Assembly: GCA_038902775.1 (NCBI GenBank)
Contig: JBCKNM010000003.1
Location: 3 to 64,002, forward strand
Direction: 5' to 3'
Source: Polaromonas sp.
GTDB lineage: Bacteria > Pseudomonadota > Gammaproteobacteria > Burkholderiales > Burkholderiaceae_C
Length of the DNA: 64,000 nt
Numbering within the stretch: position 1 is the stretch's first letter; every line of letters starts with the position of its first letter. This document shows positions 18,567 to 28,836 of the stretch, piece after piece. The notes under the pieces are model-generated. The model searched no databases, was not told the origin of the DNA, and saw nothing but the letters and a program-made list of their open reading frames with translations. The translations under genes were made by a program, and so were the position numbers.

Positions 18567-21053
18567 ATGAAAAAATCGAAACTGGTAATGATTGGCAACG
18601 GCATGGCTGGTGTGCGTACGCTTGAAGAACTGCTCAAGCTCGCCCCCGAGCTGTATGACATCACGGTGTTCGGCGCCGAGCCGCACCCCAACTACAACCG
18701 GATCTTGCTGTCGCCTGTACTGGCAGGCGAGCAAACGCTAGACGAAATCGTGCTCAACGACTGGGATTGGTACAAAGACAAGCACATCACGCTGCACGCG
18801 GGTAAAAAAGTAATTGAGGTTGATCGCATCAAGCGCATCGTCAAGGCTGACGACGGCACTGAAGTCGAGTACGACCGCCTGCTGATGTGTACCGGCTCCA
18901 ACCCGTTCATTTTGCCGATTCCGGGAAAAGACCTGGAAGGCGTGATTGCCTACCGCGACATTGCCGACACTGAGACCATGATAGAGGCCGCGAAGCAATA
19001 CACGAATGCCGTCGTCATTGGCGGTGGTCTGCTCGGGCTGGAGGCCGCCAATGGCCTGATGCGCCGGGGCATGAACGTGAGCGTGGTGCATGTGATGCCG
19101 ACGCTGATGGAGCGCCAGCTCGACGCCACGGCAGGCAAGATGCTGCAGAAGTCGTTGGAAGACCGTGGCATGAAGTTCCTGATAGGCGCCCAAACCCAGG
19201 AGCTTGTCGGGGGCGACGACGGCCGAGTCAGCGCGATACGCTTCAAGGACGACACCGAGCTGGCCGCTGAACTGGTCGTCATGGCGGTGGGCATACGCCC
19301 AAACATCGCGCTGGCCGAGGCGATGCACCTGCATTGCAACAAAGGCATTGTGGTCAACGACACCATGCAGACCATCACCGATGCGCGCATTTACTCAGTC
19401 GGCGAATGCGCAGCGCATCGCGGCATTGCCTACGGGCTGGTGGCGCCGCTGTTCGAGCAAGCCAAGGTGGCGGCCAACCATCTGGCGCAATTCGGCATTG
19501 GCCGCTACACCGGCTCGCTTACATCCACCAAGCTCAAGGTCACCGGCATCGACTTGTTCAGCGCCGGTGACTTCATGGGCGGCGAAGGATGCGAGGAAAT
19601 CGTCATGAGCGACCCGTTTGGCGGCGTCTATAAAAAGCTGGTGCTCAAGGACGACAAGCTCATCGGCGCCTGCCTGTACGGCGACACCGTGGACGGCAGC
19701 TACTACTTCAAACTGCTGCGCGACGGCCGCAGCGTCGCCAGCATCCGCGACAAGCTGATGTTCGGCGAGTCCAACCTGGGCGATGCAGGCCACGAAGGCC
19801 ACAGCACGGCCGCCACCATGTTAGACACCGACGAAGTCTGCGGCTGCAACGGCGTGTGCAAGGGCACCATCGTCAAGGCGATCCGTGAAAAAGGCCTGTT
19901 CACGCTCGCCGAGGTACGCAAGCACACCAAGGCCAGCGGCGGCTGTGGCTCCTGCACCGGCCTGGTCGAGCAGATTCTGATGGCCACCGCCGGCGGCGAT
20001 TATTCGGCCACGCCCAAGCTCAAAGCCATGTGCAGTTGCACCGACCACGGCCATCAGGCGGTGCGCGACGCGATCCGCGCCAACAAGCTGCTGTCGATCG
20101 TCGACGTCTACTTGTTTCTGGAATGGCGCACGCCCAACGGCTGCGCCAGCTGCCGCCCGGCCATGAACTATTACGTGACCAGCACCTGGCCGAAAGAAGC
20201 GAAAGACGATCCGCAAAGCCGCTTCATCAACGAACGCAGCCACGCCAACATCCAGAAGGACGGCACCTATAGCGTAATCCCGCGCATGTGGGGCGGCCAT
20301 ACCACGGCCTCTGAACTGCGCCGCATCGCCGATGTGGTGGACAAGTACAAGATCCCGACCGTCAAGATCACCGGTGGCCAGCGCATCGACCTGCTGGGCG
20401 TGAAAAAGGAAGACCTGCAAAACGTCTGGAAAGACATCGGCATGCCGTCTGGCCACGCCTACGCCAAGGCCCTGCGCACGGTCAAGACCTGCGTCGGCAG
20501 CGAATGGTGCCGCATGGGTGTGCAAGACAGCACCCAGCTGGGCAAGGACCTGGAGCGCGCGATGTGGCGCATGAGCGCACCGCACAAGGTCAAGTTTGCC
20601 GTGAGCGGCTGCCCGCGCAACTGTGCCGAGGCCGGCATCAAGGACGTGGGCATCGTCGGTGTCGATTCCGGCTGGGAGATGTATATCGCCGGCAACGGTG
20701 GCATCAAGACCGAGGTCGCGCACTTCTTCACCAAGCTCAAAACGGCCGCTGAAGTGATGGAGTACACCGGCGCCTTCTGCGAGCTGTACCGCCAGGAAGG
20801 CTGGTATCTGGAACGCACGGTGCACTACGTACACCGCGTCGGGCTCGACTACGTAAAGAAGAAAATTCTCGACGACCACGAAGGTCGTAAGACTCTGTGG
20901 GAGCGGCTGCAGTTTGCGCTGGAGGGCGAGCCCGATCCGTGGGCCGAAGTCGACAAGGCGGGCGTGGACACGCGGCAGTTTGAAAAATTGGATCCCACGT
21001 GTGCGTTACCACCTGACCTGAATTTTTTAAAAGATCAGTGCGTTACCACCTGA
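18567..21053 (+). CDS. nirB: Assimilatory NAD(P)H nitrite reductase large subunit
   Basis: GNGMAG FAD site, GGGLLGLE, CGCNGV/CGSC BFD-like clusters, TCVGSEWC and GCPRNC siroheme/4Fe-4S motifs. Confidence 0.97.
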   Translation: MKKSKLVMIGNGMAGVRTLEELLKLAPELYDITVFGAEPHPNYNRILLSPVLAGEQTLDEIVLNDWDWYKDKHITLHAGKKVIEVDRIKRIVKADDGTEVEYDRLLMCTGSNPFILPIPGKDLEGVIAYRDIADTETMIEAAKQYTNAVVIGGGLLGLEAANGLMRRGMNVSVVHVMPTLMERQLDATAGKMLQKSLEDRGMKFLIGAQTQELVGGDDGRVSAIRFKDDTELAAELVVMAVGIRPNIALAEAMHLHCNKGIVVNDTMQTITDARIYSVGECAAHRGIAYGLVAPLFEQAKVAANHLAQFGIGRYTGSLTSTKLKVTGIDLFSAGDFMGGEGCEEIVMSDPFGGVYKKLVLKDDKLIGACLYGDTVDGSYYFKLLRDGRSVASIRDKLMFGESNLGDAGHEGHSTAATMLDTDEVCGCNGVCKGTIVKAIREKGLFTLAEVRKHTKASGGCGSCTGLVEQILMATAGGDYSATPKLKAMCSCTDHGHQAVRDAIRANKLLSIVDVYLFLEWRTPNGCASCRPAMNYYVTSTWPKEAKDDPQSRFINERSHANIQKDGTYSVIPRMWGGHTTASELRRIADVVDKYKIPTVKITGGQRIDLLGVKKEDLQNVWKDIGMPSGHAYAKALRTVKTCVGSEWCRMGVQDSTQLGKDLERAMWRMSAPHKVKFAVSGCPRNCAEAGIKDVGIVGVDSGWEMYIAGNGGIKTEVAHFFTKLKTAAEVMEYTGAFCELYRQEGWYLERTVHYVHRVGLDYVKKKILDDHEGRKTLWERLQFALEGEPDPWAEVDKAGVDTRQFEKLDPTCALPPDLNFLKDQCVTT

Positions 21054-21074
21054 GCTGAATTTTTTAAGAGATCA
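21001..21074 (+). repeat. 37-bp tandem duplication at the nirB-nirD junction
   Basis: GTGCGTTACCACCTGA(C/G)CTGAATTTTTTAA(A/G)AGATCA x2, two mismatches. Confidence 0.9.
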
Positions 21075-21076
21075 CT

Positions 21077-21499
21077 ATGTCTGAATGGAAAAAAATCTGC
21101 CTGGTCACCGATATTCCGGTGCTCGGCTCGCGCCGGGTGGCGCGCGCGCGCGGCATGGACGTGGCCGTGTTTCGCAATGACCAGGACCAGATCTTCGCCC
21201 TGCTCGACCGCTGCCCGCACAAGGGCGGTCCGCTGAGCCAGGGCATTGTGTTCGGCACCAGTGTCGCCTGCCCGTTGCACAACTGGACGATTGGCCTGGA
21301 AGGTGGCTGCGCCATAGCGCCTGACGAGGGTTGCACGCCAAAATTTAACTGCAAAGTAGAAGCAGGTGTCGTGTTTCTGGATGCGAACGAGCTCGCGTCT
21401 TTGGCGCTGGATGTGAAAGCACCCAAAGCCGGCCCCGCTGCATCGCTAGGTATCACAGGTGATGAAAGTTTCGAAGTACAGACACCACACACCGCTTGA
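21077..21499 (+). CDS. nirD: Nitrite reductase small (Rieske) subunit
   Basis: CPHKGGPLSQG...CPLH. Confidence 0.93.
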   Translation: MSEWKKICLVTDIPVLGSRRVARARGMDVAVFRNDQDQIFALLDRCPHKGGPLSQGIVFGTSVACPLHNWTIGLEGGCAIAPDEGCTPKFNCKVEAGVVFLDANELASLALDVKAPKAGPAASLGITGDESFEVQTPHTA

Positions 21500-21523
21500 A
21501 TTTGTGCAGTTAGCTGACGCTTC

Positions 21524-24505
21524 ATGACACTTTCATCGCCCAAAGAAACCAAATCCACCTGCCCCTACTGTGGGGTGGGCTGTGGTGTCATTATTGAATC
21601 TGCGGGCACGCAGATAACAGGCGTGCGCGGTGACCCCGATCACCCGGCCAATTTTGGTCGCCTGTGTACCAAGGGCTCAACACTGGCGCTCACCGCCACC
21701 CATGCCGTCACGCAGCAAACCCGCCTGCTGTACCCGATGCGACGAGAGCATCGGCATGAAGCGCCCAAGCAGGTGTCATGGGACAACGCACTGGGCTTTG
21801 CCGCGACAAGCTTTGCGCAGATCATTCGGGAGCACGGGCCAGAAGCCGTGGGTTTTTATATCTCTGGCCAATTGCTGACCGAAGACTATTACGTCTTCAA
21901 CAAACTCGTCAAAGGCCTGATTGGCAGCAACAACGTAGACACCAACTCGCGCCTGTGCATGAGCAGCGCCGTGGCGGGCTACAAGCAAACGCTGGGCGCT
22001 GACGCACCACCCGCCTGCTACGACGATGTCAACCACGCGCAATGTATTTTTATTGTCGGCAGCAACACGGCCTATGCGCACCCGATACTGTTCCGGCGGA
22101 TTGAAGATGCAAAAACCGCCAACCCGACGATGAAAATCATTTTCTGTGACCCGCGCCGTACCGATACCGCTGAAATTGCCGATTTATATTTACCAATTCA
22201 ACCTGGCACCGATGTGTCGCTGTTCAATGGCATGTTGCACATCATGCTGCGGGAAGGCTGGCTAGACAACGCCTACATAGCCGCGCACACCACGGGTTTT
22301 GACGCACTAAAAACCACGCTACGCGACTACACACCTGACCTGGTCAGTGAAACCTGCGGCATCAAAAAGGAAGATATTTTTAGCGCTGCAAAAATGTTCG
22401 CTACATCGCCTGCCACGCTCAGTTTGTATTGCATGGGCTTGAACCAATCGAGCAGCGGTACAGCCAAAAACGCCGCGTTGATTAACCTGCACCTGGCGAC
22501 TGGGCAAATCGGAAAACCGGGCGCAGCGCCCTTCTCGCTCACGGGTCAGCCCAATGCCATGGGTGGCCGCGAAGTCGGCGGAATGGCCAATTTAATGAGT
22601 GCGCACCGCGACATGGCCAATGCCGAGCACCGCGCTGAAGTAGCCGCGCACTGGGGTGTACCTAGCGTGCCAGACAAGCCCGGCAAAACAGCGGTTGAAA
22701 TGTTTCAGGCCGCAGCCGATGGTGAGATCAAAGCGCTGTGGATAGCTTGCACCAACCCGGCGCAGTCCATGCCCGACCAGGCAACGGTGCGCCGCGCACT
22801 GGAGCGTGCTGAACTCGTCATCGTACAAGAGGCTTTTGCAACCGCATCGACCTGCGCCTTTGCCGACCTACTGCTGCCTGCCAGCACCTGGGGCGAAAAA
22901 ATCGGCACTGTGACCAATAGCGAGCGGCGCATTTCCAGAGTGCGGGCAGCAGTGGCCGCGCCGGGTGAGGCGCGGCATGACTGGGTGATTGCAACTGACT
23001 TTGCACAACGGCTTGAAAAGCTGCTTGATCCGCTTGATCCACCTGATCTGCTTGATCCACCTGATAGGAAGGCCAAGCTGTTCCCCTACTCGATCATTGA
23101 TGAAGCTGCGGGTGTTGAAGCCATCTGGAACGAACACCGCGAATCAACCCGTGGCCGTGACCTTGACATCACCGGCATGAGCTACGCCATGCTCGATGCC
23201 GGGCCGCAGCAGTGGCCACTCAAGACGGGTGACACCACGGGTAAGGTGAGGCTTTATGAAGACGGCATCTTCCCCACGCCGGATGGCAAGGCCAGATTTG
23301 TCAACACCATCTACAAACCGGTGGCTGAACCCCGTGAGTCGCGTTACCCGTTTTCACTGACTACAGGCCGCCTGCGTGACCAGTGGCATGGCATGACGCG
23401 CACCGGCACGCTGGGTCGGCTGTTTGGTCATGTGGCCGAGCCGTCGGTACAAATGAATGCGCAAGACATGGCGCGGCGGCTGCTCAAAGACGGCGATCTG
23501 GTTTACGTCACATCCAAGCGCGGCACGATTGTGGTGCCGCTGCAATCGTCCCCGGAGATAGCAGTCAGCCAGGCGTTTATCGCCATGCACTGGGGCGAAG
23601 AATATTTAAGCGGCTTGTCGAGTGCTGGCGAGCCGCTGGCAGGGGTCAACGCCCTCACCACATCGGCGTACTGCCCGAGCTCGAAACAGCCCGAACTCAA
23701 GCACGCGGCTGTCAAAATTCTGAAGGCCGAATTGTCCTGGTCACTGCTGGCCATGGCCTGGCTGCCCGAGGGCGATGCGCTCACCGCACGCGAGCAGCTC
23801 AAGCCGCTGATGAAGGCCTTTCCGTTCACCAGCTGCACGCCGTTTTCAAACAACACGCCACTGGTGTCAAACCCCGGCGAGGATAGAGGCGAACGCACCG
23901 GTATTTTGTTTCGTGCGTCCGGTCATCAGGCACCAAATGAGGATGTGCTCGTCAGCATTGAAAGTATTCTGGGCTTGAAGAGCAGCGACACCCTGCATTA
24001 CGCGGACCGCAAAAAAGGCCAGCGTCGCAGCGTGCGTCTGCACCGGGTTAATCGTGGTGGGAACGAGCATGCCGAGCTGCTCGGCTTTGCACTGTCGGGC
24101 GACACCAGCGCCGAGGCCTGGATCAAAACCCTGCTGCAAGATGAGTTGCCAGCAGAGGCCTATGGCCGCCTGCTGCTCTTGCCCGGCGCAAAGCCACCAG
24201 CAGCCGTCACCGACTCGATGAAAAAGCGCGGCAAGCTGGTCTGCACCTGCCTGAATGTGACCGATGCGGCGATTGACGAGCACTTGGCCAGCTTGAGCCA
24301 GGGCATCAACCTGGGTACCAGTGGCATGGGTTCTCTGGCGACCGACGAGGCCCGCTTGGCATCACTGCAAAGCACCTTGAAGTGCGGCACCAACTGCGCC
24401 TCGTGCGTACCTGAACTCAAGCGCATGGTGCGCTCAAGCCGGGTCGCAGCCGCAGTCACCAACACACCTCCACGCGCAGTGATCCCCATCAGGCAGGTAG
24501 CCTGA
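21524..24505 (+). CDS. nasA: Assimilatory nitrate reductase catalytic subunit (Mo-bisPGD)
   Basis: CPYCGVGC...LCTKG, NSRLCMSSA, GQPNAMGGRE, C-terminal CTC...CGTNCASC. Confidence 0.95.
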   Translation: MTLSSPKETKSTCPYCGVGCGVIIESAGTQITGVRGDPDHPANFGRLCTKGSTLALTATHAVTQQTRLLYPMRREHRHEAPKQVSWDNALGFAATSFAQIIREHGPEAVGFYISGQLLTEDYYVFNKLVKGLIGSNNVDTNSRLCMSSAVAGYKQTLGADAPPACYDDVNHAQCIFIVGSNTAYAHPILFRRIEDAKTANPTMKIIFCDPRRTDTAEIADLYLPIQPGTDVSLFNGMLHIMLREGWLDNAYIAAHTTGFDALKTTLRDYTPDLVSETCGIKKEDIFSAAKMFATSPATLSLYCMGLNQSSSGTAKNAALINLHLATGQIGKPGAAPFSLTGQPNAMGGREVGGMANLMSAHRDMANAEHRAEVAAHWGVPSVPDKPGKTAVEMFQAAADGEIKALWIACTNPAQSMPDQATVRRALERAELVIVQEAFATASTCAFADLLLPASTWGEKIGTVTNSERRISRVRAAVAAPGEARHDWVIATDFAQRLEKLLDPLDPPDLLDPPDRKAKLFPYSIIDEAAGVEAIWNEHRESTRGRDLDITGMSYAMLDAGPQQWPLKTGDTTGKVRLYEDGIFPTPDGKARFVNTIYKPVAEPRESRYPFSLTTGRLRDQWHGMTRTGTLGRLFGHVAEPSVQMNAQDMARRLLKDGDLVYVTSKRGTIVVPLQSSPEIAVSQAFIAMHWGEEYLSGLSSAGEPLAGVNALTTSAYCPSSKQPELKHAAVKILKAELSWSLLAMAWLPEGDALTAREQLKPLMKAFPFTSCTPFSNNTPLVSNPGEDRGERTGILFRASGHQAPNEDVLVSIESILGLKSSDTLHYADRKKGQRRSVRLHRVNRGGNEHAELLGFALSGDTSAEAWIKTLLQDELPAEAYGRLLLLPGAKPPAAVTDSMKKRGKLVCTCLNVTDAAIDEHLASLSQGINLGTSGMGSLATDEARLASLQSTLKCGTNCASCVPELKRMVRSSRVAAAVTNTPPRAVIPIRQVA

Positions 24506-24573
24506 AACACTGCTTAAGCTCATAACCCCCGGTTACATGGATTCTCAGACAATCAGCGGAAAAGCAAACCATT

Positions 24574-25485
24574 ATGAGCATCAGTCAGTACATCAAAAAA
24601 ATAGGTCGCGGCAAAGATGGCGCGCGCGCTTTGTCGCGTGAACAGGCGGCTGACTTGTTTGCGCAAGTGCTCGATGGCAACGTCACCGATCTTGAAGTCG
24701 GCGCGTTTTGCCTCGCCATGCGCATCAAAGGCGAAACGCCCAGCGAGATGGCGGGCTTTTTAGACGCAACCCGGCAGCGCATGCACTTGGTATCCGCAGG
24801 CGCATCCAATACCCCCATCGTGGTGCTGCCAAGCTACAACGGCGCACGCAAATTGCCGCTGCTGACACCGCTGCTGGCACTACTGTTGGCACGCGAAGGT
24901 TTGCCGATACTGATACACGGCACGGCTACTGAGTCAAGCCGTATTTTCGTATTAGAAGTGCTTAAAGCCCTTGAAATACGGGCGCAAGCAGCTATCACTT
25001 CAATAGCAGGCGGAGAACTCGCCTTCATACCAACTGAGGTGCTCTGCCCGGAACTGAAGCGCCTGCTGGACGTGCGCCGCGTCGTCGGCCTGCGCAATCC
25101 GGCGCACAGCTTGGTGAAGATCATGAACCCCTGCGCTGGCCCGAGTCTGGTCATCAGCAGCTATACGCATCCGGAATACGCGGTGTCCATGGCCCAGACC
25201 TTTGAGCTAATCGGGGCCAACGCCCTGCTGCTGCGCGGCACCGAAGGCGAAGTGGTGGCCGACGCGCGCCGCATGCCGCAGATGCAGGGCTTTATCGGCG
25301 GCAGGCAAATCCTGCTGCAGGAAGGCGTGAAGGGAACGCTGCCCTCGGTGCCCGATCTACCCAAGGAGATCGATGCCGCCAGCACAGCGGCCTATATTCA
25401 GTCAGTGCTGGCAGGAAAAAGCCCGCTGCCGGCCTCGATTGCGCAGCAGGTGGAACATATCTTGCATCTGGTCTCGCAACTATGA
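24574..25485 (+). CDS. ybiB: YbiB-like (TrpD2 fold) DNA-binding protein
   Basis: IKKIGRGKDGARAL, LPSYNGARK, GLRNPAHSLVK, RGTEGE. Confidence 0.88.
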   Translation: MSISQYIKKIGRGKDGARALSREQAADLFAQVLDGNVTDLEVGAFCLAMRIKGETPSEMAGFLDATRQRMHLVSAGASNTPIVVLPSYNGARKLPLLTPLLALLLAREGLPILIHGTATESSRIFVLEVLKALEIRAQAAITSIAGGELAFIPTEVLCPELKRLLDVRRVVGLRNPAHSLVKIMNPCAGPSLVISSYTHPEYAVSMAQTFELIGANALLLRGTEGEVVADARRMPQMQGFIGGRQILLQEGVKGTLPSVPDLPKEIDAASTAAYIQSVLAGKSPLPASIAQQVEHILHLVSQL

Positions 25486-26249
25486 ACAACGGAAAAGTAA
25501 CCCTGGTTGGCGCGGGTCCTGGTGACCCGGAACTGCTGACCATCAAAGCACTCAAGGCCATTCAGGCCGCGACAGTGCTGTTTGTGGACGATCTGGTCAG
25601 CGACGACATCGTGGCCTTTGCAAATCCGGCTGCACGCATCGTCCACGTTGGCAAGCGCGGCGGCTGCAAATCAACACCGCAGGCTTTCATTGAAAAGCTC
25701 ATGCTGATGGCTGCCAGAGAAGGTGAAAACGTGGTGCGACTCAAAGGCGGAGACCCTTTCGTTTTTGGCCGTGGCGGCGAAGAAGTCGAGCATTTAAAGG
25801 CGGCAGGCGTAGAGGTGGATATCGTCAACGGCATCACCGCAGGTCTGGCAGCCGTCACGTCGCTAGGCGTGCCGCTCACGCATCGTCAACATGCGCATGG
25901 CGTGGTGTTTGTCACTGGCCATGCCAAGCCGGGTGAACAAGCTACAGACTGGCCGCTGCTTGCATCAACCGCCTACAAGGCCAAACTCACGCTGGTGATT
26001 TACATGGGTGTCAGCGGTGCAAAACGCATACAGAACGAGCTGCTAACAGGCTTGCCCGCCAGAACCCCCGTGGCCGTGATTCAAAACGCAACGCTGGCAA
26101 CGCAGCGCCACATCACCACTACGCTTGGCACGCTGGCCGATGCCATCGCTGGTGCAGGCTTGGCCAGCCCATCGGTCATTGTTGTAGGTGACGTGATTAA
26201 AGGTGTAGCTCTGGCAGCTACGCACCCTGAAATGGTTCGCGCCGCCTGA
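25482..26249 (+). CDS. cobA: Uroporphyrinogen-III C-methyltransferase
   Basis: LVGAGPGDPELLT, RLKGGDPFVFGRGGEE. Confidence 0.95.
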   Translation: MNNGKVTLVGAGPGDPELLTIKALKAIQAATVLFVDDLVSDDIVAFANPAARIVHVGKRGGCKSTPQAFIEKLMLMAAREGENVVRLKGGDPFVFGRGGEEVEHLKAAGVEVDIVNGITAGLAAVTSLGVPLTHRQHAHGVVFVTGHAKPGEQATDWPLLASTAYKAKLTLVIYMGVSGAKRIQNELLTGLPARTPVAVIQNATLATQRHITTTLGTLADAIAGAGLASPSVIVVGDVIKGVALAATHPEMVRAA

Positions 26250-26272
26250 GGGTTTTTGGCTTAGAGGCTTCA

Positions 26273-26415
26273 GGGCACTTCTAGAAATTCAGATTTTCAG
26301 GATAAAGTGCAAGGCGCACGGAGCGGAGCAACCGGAATGTACTTAAGGTACATGAGGATTGCGAGCACCGCGCAACGCAGCAATTTGCCTGAAAAATGAA
26401 TTTATAGAGGTGCCC
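26273..26415. mobile_element. MITE family A, full length, TTCA target duplication
   Basis: TTCA|GGGCACTTCTA...TAGAGGTGCCC|TTCA. Confidence 0.9.
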
Positions 26416-26419
26416 TTCA

Positions 26420-27745
26420 TTGACCCATCAATTCGACGTTGTAGTCATAGGCGCAGGCGCTGCGGGCCTTTTTTGTGCAGGCATCGCAGGTCAGCGCGGA
26501 CTGAAGGTTCTGCTGATTGACCACAGCAAAAAAGTAGCCGAAAAAATCCGCATCTCGGGTGGTGGCCGCTGCAATTTCACCAATCGTGACACCACCCCGG
26601 CGCAGTTTTTAAGCGACAACCCGCACTTTTGCCGCTCGGCCCTGTCGCGCTACACGCCGCAGGACTTCACCACCCTGCTGCAAAAGCACGGCATACCCTT
26701 CCATGAAAAGCACAAGGGCCAGATGTTTTGCGACCGCTCCGCAGAAGACGTTATCAACATGCTGCTGGCCGAGTGCGATGCGGGCGGCGTGACGCGCTGG
26801 CAGCCGTGTCGTGTTGCGGGCATAAAAAGTGTTGCCGACAGCAAAAATGCTGAAAATAGTGCTCAAAACACACCTGAAAATAGCCAGAGCCCAATAGATA
26901 CGGGCAATACGTCCAATACGTCCATTAGCAGCTATCAAATAGATAGCGATAACGGAGTCATTGAAACGCCACAAATCGTGATTGCAACCGGCGGTTTGTC
27001 CATCCCGAAAATGGGCGCGACTGATTTCGGTTACCGCATCGCGCAGCAGTTCGGGCTAAGGCTGGTTGAGCCACGCGCGGCGCTGGTGCCGCTAACGTTT
27101 GACGGCGCAGACTGGGCACCGTTTGCCGAGCTGGCCGGGCTGGCGCTGCCGGTGTTGATCGATACCAGCCCCAAAGATGCTAGCCCTAAGCAACGCAAAA
27201 AGGCAGTGACGTTTTCAGAAGACCTGCTGTTTACCCACCGGGGCCTGAGCGGCCCGGCGGTGCTGCAAATATCGAGCTTCTGGCGCGAAGGGCAGCCGAT
27301 TCATGTCAACCTTGCGCCGGGTGTTGATCTGGCTGAAAAACTGTTGCGAGCCAAGGCCACATCGAAAAAGCTGATTGCCAACGAACTGGCCGCCCTGGTG
27401 CCCAGCCGCCTGGCCGATGCATGGACAAGCTCCGACCCTGCCTTGCAGCGCCCCATTGCTGATGCGACAGACAAAGCCCTGCTGGGCCTGGCCGAGCATC
27501 TAGCCGACTGGCAACTCACACCCAACGGCAGCGAAGGCTACAGAAAAGCCGAAGTCACAGTGGGCGGGGTGGATACGCACGATCTGTCGTCGCAAACCAT
27601 GGAATCAAAGCAACCGGGGCTGTATTTCATTGGGGAAGTGGTAGATGTAACCGGCTGGCTGGGCGGTTACAACTGCCAGTGGGCTTGGGCTTCCGCCTTC
27701 GCCTGTGGAAATGCCTTGATTCCAGCTTCAGAAAATGTCTTATAA
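26420..27745 (+). CDS. HI0933/BaiN-family flavoprotein
   Basis: GAGAAG, KIRISGGGRCNFTN, LFTHRGLSGP, GWLGGYN.QWA. Confidence 0.92.
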   Translation: MTHQFDVVVIGAGAAGLFCAGIAGQRGLKVLLIDHSKKVAEKIRISGGGRCNFTNRDTTPAQFLSDNPHFCRSALSRYTPQDFTTLLQKHGIPFHEKHKGQMFCDRSAEDVINMLLAECDAGGVTRWQPCRVAGIKSVADSKNAENSAQNTPENSQSPIDTGNTSNTSISSYQIDSDNGVIETPQIVIATGGLSIPKMGATDFGYRIAQQFGLRLVEPRAALVPLTFDGADWAPFAELAGLALPVLIDTSPKDASPKQRKKAVTFSEDLLFTHRGLSGPAVLQISSFWREGQPIHVNLAPGVDLAEKLLRAKATSKKLIANELAALVPSRLADAWTSSDPALQRPIADATDKALLGLAEHLADWQLTPNGSEGYRKAEVTVGGVDTHDLSSQTMESKQPGLYFIGEVVDVTGWLGGYNCQWAWASAFACGNALIPASENVL

Positions 27746-27837
27746 TTTAAGGCTTTGCTAGCAAACCCGCGTCCGGCCTGATTCTGATCAGATCACAAAA
27801 GGCGCACCAATTTCTGGACTATAGGATCCCTTCATCA

Positions 27838-28050
27838 ATGACGACCATTCGTGTAAAAGATAACGAACCCTTCGACGTGGCTCTGCGCCGTTTCAAGCGC
27901 ACCATTGAAAAACTCGGCCTGCTGACCGACCTGCGCGCACGCGAATTTTACGAAAAGCCAACCGCCGAGCGCAAGCGCAAGAAGGCTGCTGCCGTCAAGC
28001 GCAACTACAAGCGTATCCGCTCCATGCAATTGCCGAAAAAGCTGTACTAA
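27838..28050 (+). CDS. rpsU: 30S ribosomal protein S21
   Basis: ENEPF-like start, [15 protein letters not shown]. Confidence 0.98.
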   Translation: MTTIRVKDNEPFDVALRRFKRTIEKLGLLTDLRAREFYEKPTAERKRKKAAAVKRNYKRIRSMQLPKKLY

Positions 28051-28098
28051 AAAGCTTATCTGAGAAGCTTATCTGAGGAATTAGCCTCACGGCAAGCC

Positions 28099-28132
28099 AA
28101 AGCCCGCATGAGCTATCTCTGCGGGCTTTTGT
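28099..28132 (+). terminator. Intrinsic terminator after rpsU
   Basis: AAAGCCCGCA...TGCGGGCTTTT stem followed by T-rich sequence. Confidence 0.7.
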
Positions 28133-28153
28133 ATTTTTGACCCCGAATTTTTA

Positions 28154-28630
28154 ATGGAGACCAGCATGTCAGCACTCAAAGACCAGATCACCGAAGACAT
28201 GAAAACCGCCATGCGCGCCAGGGACAGCGAGCGCCTGGGCATCATACGCCTGCTGCTGTCAGCCATCAAGCAAAAGGAAATAGACGAGCGCGTGGTGCTT
28301 GACGACACAGCGGTGGTCGCGATAGTCGACAAGTTAATGAAGCAGCGCAAGGACTCCATCGAAGCTTTCCAGAAGGCCGAGCGCAAAGACCTGGCCGACA
28401 AGGAAGCGGCAGAGCTGGTCGTGCTGCAGGCCTATCTGCCTGCACGCCTGAGTGCAGAAGAAGTCACTACGGCTGTCAAAGCCATTGTTGCCGAGCTGGG
28501 TGCAGAACTCGGTCGCGCTACAGGCCCAGGCGACATCGGCAAGGTGATGGGCGCTGTCAAGGCCAAACTGGCCGGCAAGGCCGACATGGGGCAGGTCTCA
28601 AGCGCGGTGAAGGCGGCGCTGGCGGGGTAA
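28154..28630 (+). CDS. GatB/YqeY domain protein
   Basis: [17 protein letters not shown]...[10 protein letters not shown]...YLP. Confidence 0.92.
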   Translation: METSMSALKDQITEDMKTAMRARDSERLGIIRLLLSAIKQKEIDERVVLDDTAVVAIVDKLMKQRKDSIEAFQKAERKDLADKEAAELVVLQAYLPARLSAEEVTTAVKAIVAELGAELGRATGPGDIGKVMGAVKAKLAGKADMGQVSSAVKAALAG

Positions 28631-28754
28631 CTACCCCACTACTTTCGCACCCATTCTTGAACCGGTTCAAGGAATCAATCCGGGCCGGCGACTACGCTTA
28701 CAAATCTTCGAGGGCAGGCCGTAGCGTGCGTGAACTTGTTTTTCGCGTCCTTGT

Positions 28755-28768
28755 TTGTTCCAGATCAA
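28755..28768 (+). promoter_or_regulatory. FNR/DNR-type box upstream of nirK
   Basis: TTGTT-CCAG-ATCAA vs TTGAT-N4-ATCAA; a second palindrome TTGAACCGGTTCAA lies at 28657-28670. Confidence 0.6.
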
Positions 28769-28836
28769 AGACAAGGCAGCAGCGGGTGCCGAAAATTCAC
28801 CTGTTCGTCGTTGAAATTCAATCCAAGGAGACCGAT

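Noticed and set aside
28657-28836. Longer nirK start given by the ORF track
   Set aside because: It covers the FNR-like boxes; the AAGGAG RBS supports ATG 28837
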